Of a stretch of 64,000 nucleotides of DNA, positions 56,551 to 64,000 are shown one piece after another. The first letter of the stretch is position 1, and every line of letters starts with the position of its first letter. The DNA is from Trueperaceae bacterium (lineage in GTDB: Bacteria; Deinococcota; Deinococci; Deinococcales; Trueperaceae), in contig JAXHNB010000006.1 of assembly GCA_034520945.1 (NCBI GenBank), positions 128,001 through 192,000 of the forward strand, written 5' to 3'. The notes under the pieces were generated by a model, which ran no database searches, was not told the DNA's origin, and worked only from the letters and a program-made list of their open reading frames with translations. A program made the position numbers and the translations under genes.

Positions 56551-58773
56551 TCAGCCCGTCCCCCCGCCGGCGCCCCCTCGACCCAGCCCGGCCGCGCCCC
56601 CCGCCACCACGAGGTACCCAGCCGCGGCGACGTGCAGGGCCGCGTCGAACCCGGCCAGGTGCGCCAGCGCCACCGCCGCGGTGCCGCCGGTGAGGGAACC
56701 GAGCCCGTTGGCGGCCCATGCCCGCGCCACCGCGGCGGCGCCCATGTGGCCCACGCGGCGCAACAGCAACGGAAACGGCGCGCCCAGCGCCACGCCCAAC
56801 GGCGCGAGGGTGGCGGCCGTCACGGCGGCGCGGGCCGCGAACGGGGCGGCCTGGGCGACGCCCGCCACCGCCGGCCACGCCCAAGTCCAGGCCAGCGCCG
56901 CCCCGCCCGCCACCACCGCCGCGCCCGCCACCGCCGGCCAGGCGTCCCGGTAGCGGCGCGCCAGGCCCGCCCCGAGCCCGCCGCCCGCCAGCAGCGCGCC
57001 CAGCGTGACGGCCAAGGCCGCCGCCGGATGCCCGAGCAGCAGCTGCGCCCGCGACAACGCCGCGACCTCCAGCGCCAGGAAGGCGACGCCCAGCACGCCG
57101 GCCAGCACGCTCGCGCGCCGCGCGCCGGGCGGCCCGCCGCGCACGCCGGCCCAAAGCAGGAACGCCCCGACGAGGATCGCCGCGCCCAGCACGCCCAGCA
57201 GCCGCCGCAGCACCGGCGGCACGCCGGGGCTGAACGACCAGAAGAACGGCGCATCGTCCCGGGTGGGGAAGAGGTCCACCCCCTGCGAGGCGGCCAGCAC
57301 GCTCCGCATCGGCCGTGTGCCCGCCGCCACCTCGTCCAGCGGGGGGCGTTCCAGCAACCCGGGGAGGTGCAGCAGCGACAGCCCGGCCGCCTCCGCGGCG
57401 CGGGCCACCGCCACCACCCGCGCGCGGGGCGGCGCCTCGGCGAAGGCCAGCAGCAACGGCGTCGGCGGCGCGGTGCCGCCGTCCAGCACAATGATCACGT
57501 GCGCCAGGGCGTCCGCGTCGCTGAGCCCCCGTTCCCTCGACGCCGCCATGACGGTGGCCAGGGCGCGGGTGAGGGTGGCCTCGTCGTACAGTTCGAAGGC
57601 CACCGCGCCGCCGGGCGCCAACCGGGACAGGTAGCCTCGGACCGCCTCCACGGTGTAGATGCCGTTCTCGGTGAGCGCCAGCCGGCGCGCCTCGCTGGTG
57701 CGCGTCACCGCCTGCGACAGCGCGATCAGGTCGAACGGCCCCTCGGCGCGGCGCAGCACGCTGCGCGCCTCGTCGCGGTGCCAACGCACCCGCGGGTCCG
57801 CGAACGGATCCGTGGCGCCGAACGTGGCGCGGCGTGCCAACGCCAGCGCGCCCCCGTTCACCTCGGCGGCGACGACCCGTTCGGCGCCGGTCTCCAGGGC
57901 GTGGGCCACCTCGAGGCCGGCGCCGGCCCCCACCACGAACACCCGTTCCGGCCGCAGCGCCTCGAACGGGAAGCGTCCCAGGTCGCCCCGCCACAGCGTG
58001 CCCCGGTCCTCGGTCGGGACCAGCGAGCCGGCGCCGCCGTCCAGGTACACGATCTCGGCGCCGTCGGCGCGGCGCAGGCGTTCGCTGAGGCCCAGCGTGC
58101 CCCAGGCCGCGTCCAGCACGCGTCCGCCGCGGGCCAGCTCGCGCGGGAGGGACTTGTCGTCCAGCCCCTGCGCGGCGCTGGCGGCCGGCCAGGGCGTGAG
58201 GGTCGACGTCACCACGAGTGCCGCCGTCAGGGCCGTGACCGCCTGCACCGCGGCGGCGCGGCGTCCCGCCAGCACCGAGCCGCCGGCCGCCACCGCCAGC
58301 CCGGACACCAGCGCAGCCGTGGGGGCGCCCAGCACGCCCAGCAGCGGCAGCGAGGCGGCGGCGCCCGCCGCCGCCCCCCACAGGTCGGCGCGGTACAGGC
58401 GCGGCGCGTGCGACGCGCCCACGGCGAACACCGCCGCGGCCGCCAAGCCCAGCGCCGCGAAGCCGGGCAGCGAGGCGGCCAGGGTCAGCGGCATGCCCAG
58501 GCGGCCGCCGAACGCCAGTGCCACCAGCGAGCCCGCATGGATCAGCAGGCCGGCGGCGGCCGCGGCACGCGCGGCGCCCGTTCGCGTCAACCAGCGCGGC
58601 CGGGCCGCGCCGACCGCGGCGCCGAGCGACACCCCGCCGACCGCCAACGACACCACCAGGAAGGCGCCGTCGCCGAAGAACAGCAGCCCCGCGATGCGGG
58701 TCCACGCCAGCTCGCTCAGGAGGCCGCCGCCGGCCAGCAGAAACGCGGCGAGGGGCAGGGGGCGGCCGGGCAC
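56551..58773 (-). CDS. Membrane-flanked spermidine-synthase-like / class I SAM-binding protein
   Basis: N-terminal TM block (SELAWTR, LYRADLWGAAAG); central VVGAGAGLEV...AAEVN...DEARS...FDLI...YTVEA; PTRDDAPFF; C-terminal TM block (AWAANGLGS). Confidence 0.8.
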   Translation of the reverse strand: MPGRPLPLAAFLLAGGGLLSELAWTRIAGLLFFGDGAFLVVSLAVGGVSLGAAVGAARPRWLTRTGAARAAAAAGLLIHAGSLVALAFGGRLGMPLTLAASLPGFAALGLAAAAVFAVGASHAPRLYRADLWGAAAGAAASLPLLGVLGAPTAALVSGLAVAAGGSVLAGRRAAAVQAVTALTAALVVTSTLTPWPAASAAQGLDDKSLPRELARGGRVLDAAWGTLGLSERLRRADGAEIVYLDGGAGSLVPTEDRGTLWRGDLGRFPFEALRPERVFVVGAGAGLEVAHALETGAERVVAAEVNGGALALARRATFGATDPFADPRVRWHRDEARSVLRRAEGPFDLIALSQAVTRTSEARRLALTENGIYTVEAVRGYLSRLAPGGAVAFELYDEATLTRALATVMAASRERGLSDADALAHVIIVLDGGTAPPTPLLLAFAEAPPRARVVAVARAAEAAGLSLLHLPGLLERPPLDEVAAGTRPMRSVLAASQGVDLFPTRDDAPFFWSFSPGVPPVLRRLLGVLGAAILVGAFLLWAGVRGGPPGARRASVLAGVLGVAFLALEVAALSRAQLLLGHPAAALAVTLGALLAGGGLGAGLARRYRDAWPAVAGAAVVAGGAALAWTWAWPAVAGVAQAAPFAARAAVTAATLAPLGVALGAPFPLLLRRVGHMGAAAVARAWAANGLGSLTGGTAAVALAHLAGFDAALHVAAAGYLVVAGGAAGLGRGGAGGGTG

Positions 58774-58775
58774 CC

Positions 58776-59657
58776 TCAGCGTTCCGCGCTGCGGGGGTCC
58801 AACAGGTCGCGCAGGCCGTCGCCGAGGAAGTTGAACCCCATCACGGAGACCATGATCGCCAGGCCGGGGAAGATCCCCATCCACGGCGCTTGCCGCAGGA
58901 AGGCGCGCCCCTCGGCGAGCATGCGGCCCCAGCTGGGTTCGGGGGGTTGCGTGCCCAGCCCGAAGAAGGACAGGGCGGCCTCCGCGAGGATGGCGAACGC
59001 CAAGCTGAGCGACGTCTGCACGATGATCGGCCCCAGCGCGTTCGGCAGCACGTGCCGCGCCATGATGGCGGCGCGCCCGCGGCCCAAGGCGCGCGCCGCG
59101 ACCACGAACTCGCGCCCGCGCACGCTGATCACGGCGCCCCGGGTGACGCGCGCGAAGATGGGGACGTACACGATCGCGATGGCGATCATGGCGTTGCCCA
59201 CGCCACGCCCCAGGATCGCCATCACCGTGATGGCCAGCAGGACCGCGGGGAACGCGAACAGGATGTCCATCACGCGCATGATGACCTCGTCCAGCCATCC
59301 GCCGAGGAAGCCCGCCGCCAGGCCGAGGACCACGCCGATGGAGCCGCTGATGCCGACGGCGATGAACGCCACCTGGAACGAGATCCGCGCCCCGTACAGA
59401 ACGCGTGAGAAGATGTCGCGCCCGAACTCGTCGGTGCCGAAGGGGTGCGTGAGGCTGGGCGCGACGAATCGGGCGGCGAAGTCCATGCCGAGGGGATCGA
59501 ACGGGGCGAGCACGCGGCCGAACACCGCCACCACCGCCAGCACGAACACGATGCCGGCGCCGGTCATGGCCAGGCGGTGCCGCGCGAAGCGCCGCAGGAA
59601 GTCGACCAAGGGGCCGGGCCGCTGGCGGATCGTCTGGCGGGCGGTGCTGCTGGCCAT
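58776..59657 (-). CDS. Peptide/nickel ABC permease (DppC-like)
   Basis: HPFGTDEFGRDIFSR, HVLPN and EAALSFFGLGTQPPEPSWG motifs. Confidence 0.93.
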   Translation of the reverse strand: MASSTARQTIRQRPGPLVDFLRRFARHRLAMTGAGIVFVLAVVAVFGRVLAPFDPLGMDFAARFVAPSLTHPFGTDEFGRDIFSRVLYGARISFQVAFIAVGISGSIGVVLGLAAGFLGGWLDEVIMRVMDILFAFPAVLLAITVMAILGRGVGNAMIAIAIVYVPIFARVTRGAVISVRGREFVVAARALGRGRAAIMARHVLPNALGPIIVQTSLSLAFAILAEAALSFFGLGTQPPEPSWGRMLAEGRAFLRQAPWMGIFPGLAIMVSVMGFNFLGDGLRDLLDPRSAER

Positions 59658-59665
59658 CTCGCCTC

Positions 59666-60616
59666 CTAGGCGTAGTCCACGCTGGGGTCCAGCAGGACGT
59701 AGGACAGGTCGGTCAGCAGGTTGATCACCGTGAACGCAGTCGCGGTCATCAGCACCGCGGCCTGCAGCACGGGGTAGTCCCGCTGGAGGGTGGCGTTGAG
59801 CGCGAGCGACCCGAGGCCCGGCCAGGCGAAGATGATCTCGACCACCACCACGGCCGACAACAGCGTGGCCATCTGCAGCCCCACGATGGTGACGATGCTG
59901 ATCGCGGCGTTGCGCAGCACGTGCTTGCCGATCACCACGCGCGGCGGGACGCCCTTCGCCCGCGCCGTACGCACGTAGTCCTGACCCAGCACCTCCAGCA
60001 TGGCGCTACGCACGAAGCGCGTCATGATGGAGCCGCTGATCAGCCCGGCCGAGGTGGCGGGAAGGATCACGTGCGCCAGCCAGGGCACGAAGCCGGAGCG
60101 GATCGGTTCGTAGCCCGACGACGGCAGCCAGCCCAGGGTCTCGGCGAACAACAGGATCAACAGGATGCCCATCCAGAAGTCCGGCACCGACACGCCGACC
60201 TGGCTGACGACCGAGGCGGCCAGGTCGCGCTTGCCGCCCGGCTTGAACGCCGACACGATCCCGAGCGGCAGTGCGATCGCCAGGCCCAGCAGCAGCGCCA
60301 TGCCGGCCAGCGCCAGGGTGGCGGGCACGCGGCGGCGAATCTCTTCGCTGATGTTCTGGTCGGTGATCAGGCTTTCGCCGAAGTCGCCCCGCAGCACGAT
60401 CCCCCCGATCCAGTCGACGTACTGCGCCGGCAGGGGGCGGTCCAGGCCCAGCTGCGACTCCAGCGCCGCGATGCTCTCGGGCGTGGCCTGCACGCCCAGC
60501 CGCACCCGGGCAGGGCTGCCGGGGATGAGCGGGATGATCGAGAACACCACGATCGACACGCCGAACAGCACCAGCACCAGCGTCCCGAGGCGTTGCAGCA
60601 GGTAGCGGAGGCTCAC
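59666..60616 (-). CDS. Peptide/nickel ABC permease (DppB-like)
   Basis: GLDRPLPAQY, PDFWMG, DYVRTARAKG and RDYPVLQ motifs. Confidence 0.93.
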   Translation of the reverse strand: MSLRYLLQRLGTLVLVLFGVSIVVFSIIPLIPGSPARVRLGVQATPESIAALESQLGLDRPLPAQYVDWIGGIVLRGDFGESLITDQNISEEIRRRVPATLALAGMALLLGLAIALPLGIVSAFKPGGKRDLAASVVSQVGVSVPDFWMGILLILLFAETLGWLPSSGYEPIRSGFVPWLAHVILPATSAGLISGSIMTRFVRSAMLEVLGQDYVRTARAKGVPPRVVIGKHVLRNAAISIVTIVGLQMATLLSAVVVVEIIFAWPGLGSLALNATLQRDYPVLQAAVLMTATAFTVINLLTDLSYVLLDPSVDYA

Positions 60617-60794
60617 CGGGTCCCTCCAGGCGTTGCGCCGTTCACGACGAGATGTTCACCACAAGATAGGGACGTGCGCGCGTGGCCCGCGCCGGGCCTC
60701 GCGCCGTGCCCGGGCTGCGCCGGGCCCGGGCCCGCCGGAGCGGCCCCCCCGGAGCGGCCCCCCGGGGGCACGCTCCGGCGGGGGACGGGGTGGC

Positions 60795-62312
60795 TCAGTC
60801 GAGCCAGGTGGTACGGAAGCGGATCGCCTGGTCGCTGCGGGCCTCGAAACCCTGGACCGCGGGGGCGTACGCCTGGATGTTGCCGGGGTTGTACAGGTAG
60901 ATGTAGGGCGCGTCGTCCACGATCTCCTGGTTGATCTCCTCGTAGATCTCGTAGCGGGCCTCGAACCCCTCGGTGCGGCGGCCCTCGTCCAGCAGTTCGT
61001 CGACGGTGGGGTTGCTGTAGCCGGTGAAGTTGAACACCTCGCCGGTCTTGTGCTGCGCGTAGTAGAAATCGTCGGGGTCGATCAGCGCGTTCCAGCTGCA
61101 GACGTAGGTGTCGTACTCGCCGGCGCCCTGGGTCTCGAGCCAGTCGGCCCACTCGCGGGTGTCGATCGACACCTGGATGCCGAGCGGCGCCAGGTGCGCC
61201 TGTAGGACCTGGGCAATGCGGATCGATTCCTCGTACTGCGTGGTCGGCATCACCGTCATCTCGAAGCCGTCGGCCACGCCGGCCTCGCTCAGGAGCTCTC
61301 GTGCGCGTTCGAGGTCCTGATCATAGGGCGTGTAGTCGAACGCCCAGGCGCTGGCCGAGGGGATGGGGTCCTGGGTAGGGACGCCGGTCCCGAATGTCGC
61401 CGCCTCGGTGATCTGGCCGCGGTCCAGGGCGTAGCTGATCGCCTGCCGGACGCGCACGTCGTTCAGCGGCTCGACCTCGGTGTTGACGCCGACGTACCAG
61501 TAGGCGGGGGCGGAAGTGCGGTCCACCACCACGTCGTCCCGCTCCTCCAGCTCTGGGAGGGCCTGCGTCGGGACCGAGATGGCCCAGTGCAGGTCGCCGG
61601 CCACCAGGCCGCTGCGACGCACGCTCTCGTCGGTGATGATCTGCAGCTCGATCGCGTCGAGGTAGGGCAGTTGCGTGCCGTCTTCGTCGGTGCGCCAGTA
61701 GTGCTCGTTGCGTTCCAGCCGCACCATCGACCCGGGTTGGTACTCCGCGATCACGAACGGGCCGGTGCCGATCGGCTCGGTGTTGATGGTGCCGTCCTCG
61801 ACCGACTCGCGCGCGATCATGCCGACCGACTTGTCGATGGCGAGGTGCCCCAGGAAGGCGGCGTTGGGGCTCTCCAGGATCAGCCGGACCGTGTGGTCGT
61901 CGACGACTTCGATCTCCTGCAACGGCTGGATCTTGTAGGCGTTGCCGCTGCCGGTGTCGGGGTCCAGCATCCGCTCGTAGGTGTACTTCACGTCCTCGGC
62001 CGTGAACGCGCGGCCGTTGCTGTAGCGCACGTCCTCGCGCAGCTCGAAGGTCCACACCGTGCCGTCGTCGCTGACCGACCAGTCGGTCGCCAGCGAGGGC
62101 ACCACGTTCTGCTCGTCGTCGAGCTCGACCAGGGTGTCCATCACGTTCTCGAGGACCTGGAAGCTGGAGTAGGCGCTGGTGACGTGCGGATCCAGCCCGA
62201 CGGGGTCCTGCGCCCAGGCCGCGGTCAGGGTGCCGCCGCGTTCCTGGGCCAGAGCGGCGCCGAGCGCCAGGGCCATCACGAGCGTGAGTAGGGGGGTCAG
62301 GATGCGTGTCAT
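60795..62312 (-). CDS. Family 5 ABC substrate-binding protein (DppA-like)
   Basis: Signal peptide; LDPH, PSLATDW, PIGTGPF and VRQAISYALDR motifs. Confidence 0.92.
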   Translation of the reverse strand: MTRILTPLLTLVMALALGAALAQERGGTLTAAWAQDPVGLDPHVTSAYSSFQVLENVMDTLVELDDEQNVVPSLATDWSVSDDGTVWTFELREDVRYSNGRAFTAEDVKYTYERMLDPDTGSGNAYKIQPLQEIEVVDDHTVRLILESPNAAFLGHLAIDKSVGMIARESVEDGTINTEPIGTGPFVIAEYQPGSMVRLERNEHYWRTDEDGTQLPYLDAIELQIITDESVRRSGLVAGDLHWAISVPTQALPELEERDDVVVDRTSAPAYWYVGVNTEVEPLNDVRVRQAISYALDRGQITEAATFGTGVPTQDPIPSASAWAFDYTPYDQDLERARELLSEAGVADGFEMTVMPTTQYEESIRIAQVLQAHLAPLGIQVSIDTREWADWLETQGAGEYDTYVCSWNALIDPDDFYYAQHKTGEVFNFTGYSNPTVDELLDEGRRTEGFEARYEIYEEINQEIVDDAPYIYLYNPGNIQAYAPAVQGFEARSDQAIRFRTTWLD

Positions 62313-62314
62313 GA

Positions 62315-62824
62315 CTACCTCCGAGGGGAGACGGGGACGTCAGCGTCGGGGGCGGGGTCACCGGGGATGGCCCAGTCCCAGACGCTTTTCTTGATCTTGA
62401 CGACTTGGAGGGTCTCGCTGGCGACGATCCCCGGTCGCCCCAGCTCGTGGGTGAGGAAGTCGTGCAGATCTTCGGCGCCGGCGTGCAGCGACTCGACGAC
62501 CAGGTTGTAGCTGCCGATGCCGAGGGCCACGTAGCGGGCGGCGGGGTGGCGGGCGATCTGGTCGGTGACCTCTTCGACGTCGGCCGGGCGGACGCGGGCG
62601 TAGGTGGTCGCCACCATGGGAACGCCGAGCTGAAGCGGATCGCTGATCGCCTGAATCTTCATCCAGTTCATGTCGAGCAGGCGTCCGACGCGCTTGCGGA
62701 CCATCGACTCCGACACGTCGAGCCGGCGGGCGATCTCGCGATACGGCATGCGTCCGTCCTCCCGCAGCAGGTCGACGATCCGGCGGTCGGTGGGGTCGAG
62801 TTGGCGATAGCCGGGGGTCGACAC
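62315..62824 (-). CDS. Lrp/AsnC-family transcriptional regulator
   Basis: LDPTDRRIVDLLREDGRMPYREIARRLDVSESMVRKRVGRL HTH followed by a RAM domain. Confidence 0.92.
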   Translation of the reverse strand: MSTPGYRQLDPTDRRIVDLLREDGRMPYREIARRLDVSESMVRKRVGRLLDMNWMKIQAISDPLQLGVPMVATTYARVRPADVEEVTDQIARHPAARYVALGIGSYNLVVESLHAGAEDLHDFLTHELGRPGIVASETLQVVKIKKSVWDWAIPGDPAPDADVPVSPRR

Positions 62825-62859
62825 GGTTCACTCCCGTGGGCACGATGGATGCATGTACG

Positions 62860-62919
62860 GACGTTCGCACTCTACGCGGCTCGCGTCGCGAACGTCAAGG
62901 AATCGGACGCAATGCGTCC
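62860..62919 (-). promoter_or_regulatory. Promoter and inverted repeats upstream of the Lrp-dpp operon
   Basis: TTGACG (62898-62893), 18 nt, TAGAGT (62874-62869). GACGTTCGC/GCGAACGTC inverted repeat at 62860-62868 and 62888-62896. Palindrome GGACGCA-A-TGCGTCC at 62905-62919. Confidence 0.6.
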
Positions 62920-62954
62920 AGGTGGCGCGGAACACGTGCGCGTACCCGCGAGGT

Positions 62955-63956
62955 TCAGGCGTCGCGCACCTGCTCGGGGTAGGCGTGCAGGGCGGGCGCG
63001 CCCCCGGTATGCACGAACAGCACGCGCTGGCCCCGCCGCAGGGTCCCCTCCCGCGCCATGGCCACCAACCCCGCCGCGGCCTTGCCGGTGTAGACCGGGT
63101 CCAGCAGGATCGCCTCGCGCGAGGCGAACAGGCGCACCGCATCCCGCATCGCGGTCGTGCCGAGCGAGTAGCCGGGACCGACCTGATCGTCCCGCACCTG
63201 CACCGCCTCCTCCGGCACCGAGGCGCGGACCCCCCCGAGGTCGCACGCCGCCTGCGCCAGGCGCCAGATCTTCTCCTCTTGCGCCACGCGCTCGGCCCGG
63301 ACGCTGACGCCGGTGAGGGGCAGGTCCGCGTGAGCGCCGTGCAACCCCGCCAGCAGGCCGGCGTGCGTGCCGCCCGAGCCGCTGGCGCACACCAGGTGAT
63401 CGAACGCCACCCCCGCTTCGAACGACTGATGCAGGATCTCCTCGGCGCAGGCGGCGTACCCCAGCGCGCCCAAGGCGTTGGACCCGCCGCCCGGGATCAG
63501 GTACGGCTTGCGGCCCGCCGCCTCCACCTCCTCGGCCATCCGCTGCATGGCGGCCGACAGGTCGGTCCCGCCCGGCACCACCTCCACCTGCTCCGCCCCC
63601 ATCAGGTCGAACAGCAGGCGATTGCCGACCGCGCGGGGGTCGTCGGTGCCCGGCACGCGCTCCTCCAGCAGCAACCGGCAGGACAGTCCCTCCTTCGCCG
63701 CGGCGGCCAGGGTCAGCCGGCAGTGATTCGACTGCGGCGCGCCCGTGGTGATCAGGGTGTCGGCGCCCTGCTGCAACGCGTCGGCGACCAGGAATTCGAG
63801 TTTGCGGGTCTTGTTGCCGCCGGCGGCCAACCCGGTCAGGTCGTCCCGCTTGATCCAGAACTCGGGCCCGCCCAGCTCGGCCGAGAGGCGGTGGAGCGGC
63901 TGCAACGGCGTGGCGCCCTCCGTGTAGCGGCGGCGCGGAAAACGGGCAAGGTGCAT
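62955..63956 (-). CDS. dcyD: D-cysteine desulfhydrase / ACC deaminase family PLP enzyme
   Basis: IKRDDLTG...GGNKTRKLEFL, QSNH, SGSGGTHAGL, LDPVYTGK and HTGG motifs; GGAGG SD. Confidence 0.88.
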   Translation of the reverse strand: MHLARFPRRRYTEGATPLQPLHRLSAELGGPEFWIKRDDLTGLAAGGNKTRKLEFLVADALQQGADTLITTGAPQSNHCRLTLAAAAKEGLSCRLLLEERVPGTDDPRAVGNRLLFDLMGAEQVEVVPGGTDLSAAMQRMAEEVEAAGRKPYLIPGGGSNALGALGYAACAEEILHQSFEAGVAFDHLVCASGSGGTHAGLLAGLHGAHADLPLTGVSVRAERVAQEEKIWRLAQAACDLGGVRASVPEEAVQVRDDQVGPGYSLGTTAMRDAVRLFASREAILLDPVYTGKAAAGLVAMAREGTLRRGQRVLFVHTGGAPALHAYPEQVRDA

Positions 63957-64000
63957 GGGGCCTCCTCGGAGATGGGCGCATGAAGGTGCGGACGGGCGTG

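Noticed and set aside
56551..59298. 915-aa ORF as a fusion overlapping dppC
   Set aside because: The first 175 codons are an alternative frame of dppC. The protein-like sequence begins at GTG 58773.
60690..60790. GC-rich direct and inverted repeats between dppA and dppB (GGAGCGGCCCCCC x2; CCCGCCGGAGCG inverted repeat)
   Set aside because: Most simply an ordinary mRNA-stabilising hairpin after a binding-protein gene. It is low-complexity and too short for an array or MITE call.
1..64000. Many long overlapping or antisense ORFs (e.g. 3504-5492, 12373-14460, 49014-51494, 56632-59724, and the N-terminal part of 42955-46062)
   Set aside because: They are Arg/Gly/Pro/Ala-rich shadow frames expected in very GC-rich DNA. 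Each overlaps a gene with clear family motifs and has none of its own.
1..64000. rRNA, tRNA, CRISPR array, transposase or integrase
   Set aside because: No regularly spaced repeats, cloverleaf-like sequence or recombinase motifs were recognised by eye. Small RNAs could have been missed without an Rfam/tRNAscan search.

Overview
A very GC-rich bacterial chromosome segment. It is probably Deinococcota (Truepera-like); this is inferred from the many leaderless TANNNT-(5-8 nt)-start promoters and the gene content. Most of it is housekeeping and transport: ndk, aminotransferase, amn, ruvA, ald, truB, rarA, dcd, coaX, alaS-ruvX-mltG, a D-cysteine desulfhydrase-family gene, Ugp-like, Dpp-like and NatAB-like ABC systems, a TRAP system, and three c-di-GMP enzymes. 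Highlights: (1) A translationally coupled five-gene sugar operon (50920-56513) combines an L-fucose/arabinose-isomerase-family enzyme, a YihV-like PfkB kinase, a LacD/YihT-like class I aldolase and two Gfo/Idh/MocA enzymes. It may be a mosaic sulfoquinovose (sulfo-EMP-type) or rare-sugar pathway, and it starts 4 nt after a 1575-aa GGDEF-EAL gene. (2) A ~3.6 kb lower-GC insert with no integrase stacks three toxin-antitoxin modules (AbiEi/AbiEii, PrlF/truncated YhaV, RHH/PIN), with readable promoters and operators. (3) A catalytically degenerate FMN alpha-hydroxy-acid-oxidase homologue is coupled to ruvA. (4) An Lrp-linked peptide-ABC operon without ATPases ends in a membrane-embedded spermidine-synthase-like protein. 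(5) Three genes each carry a single +1 insertion, possibly assembly errors. No rRNA, tRNA, CRISPR array, transposase or integrase was recognised. All family calls come from recognising motifs by eye; no database search was run.
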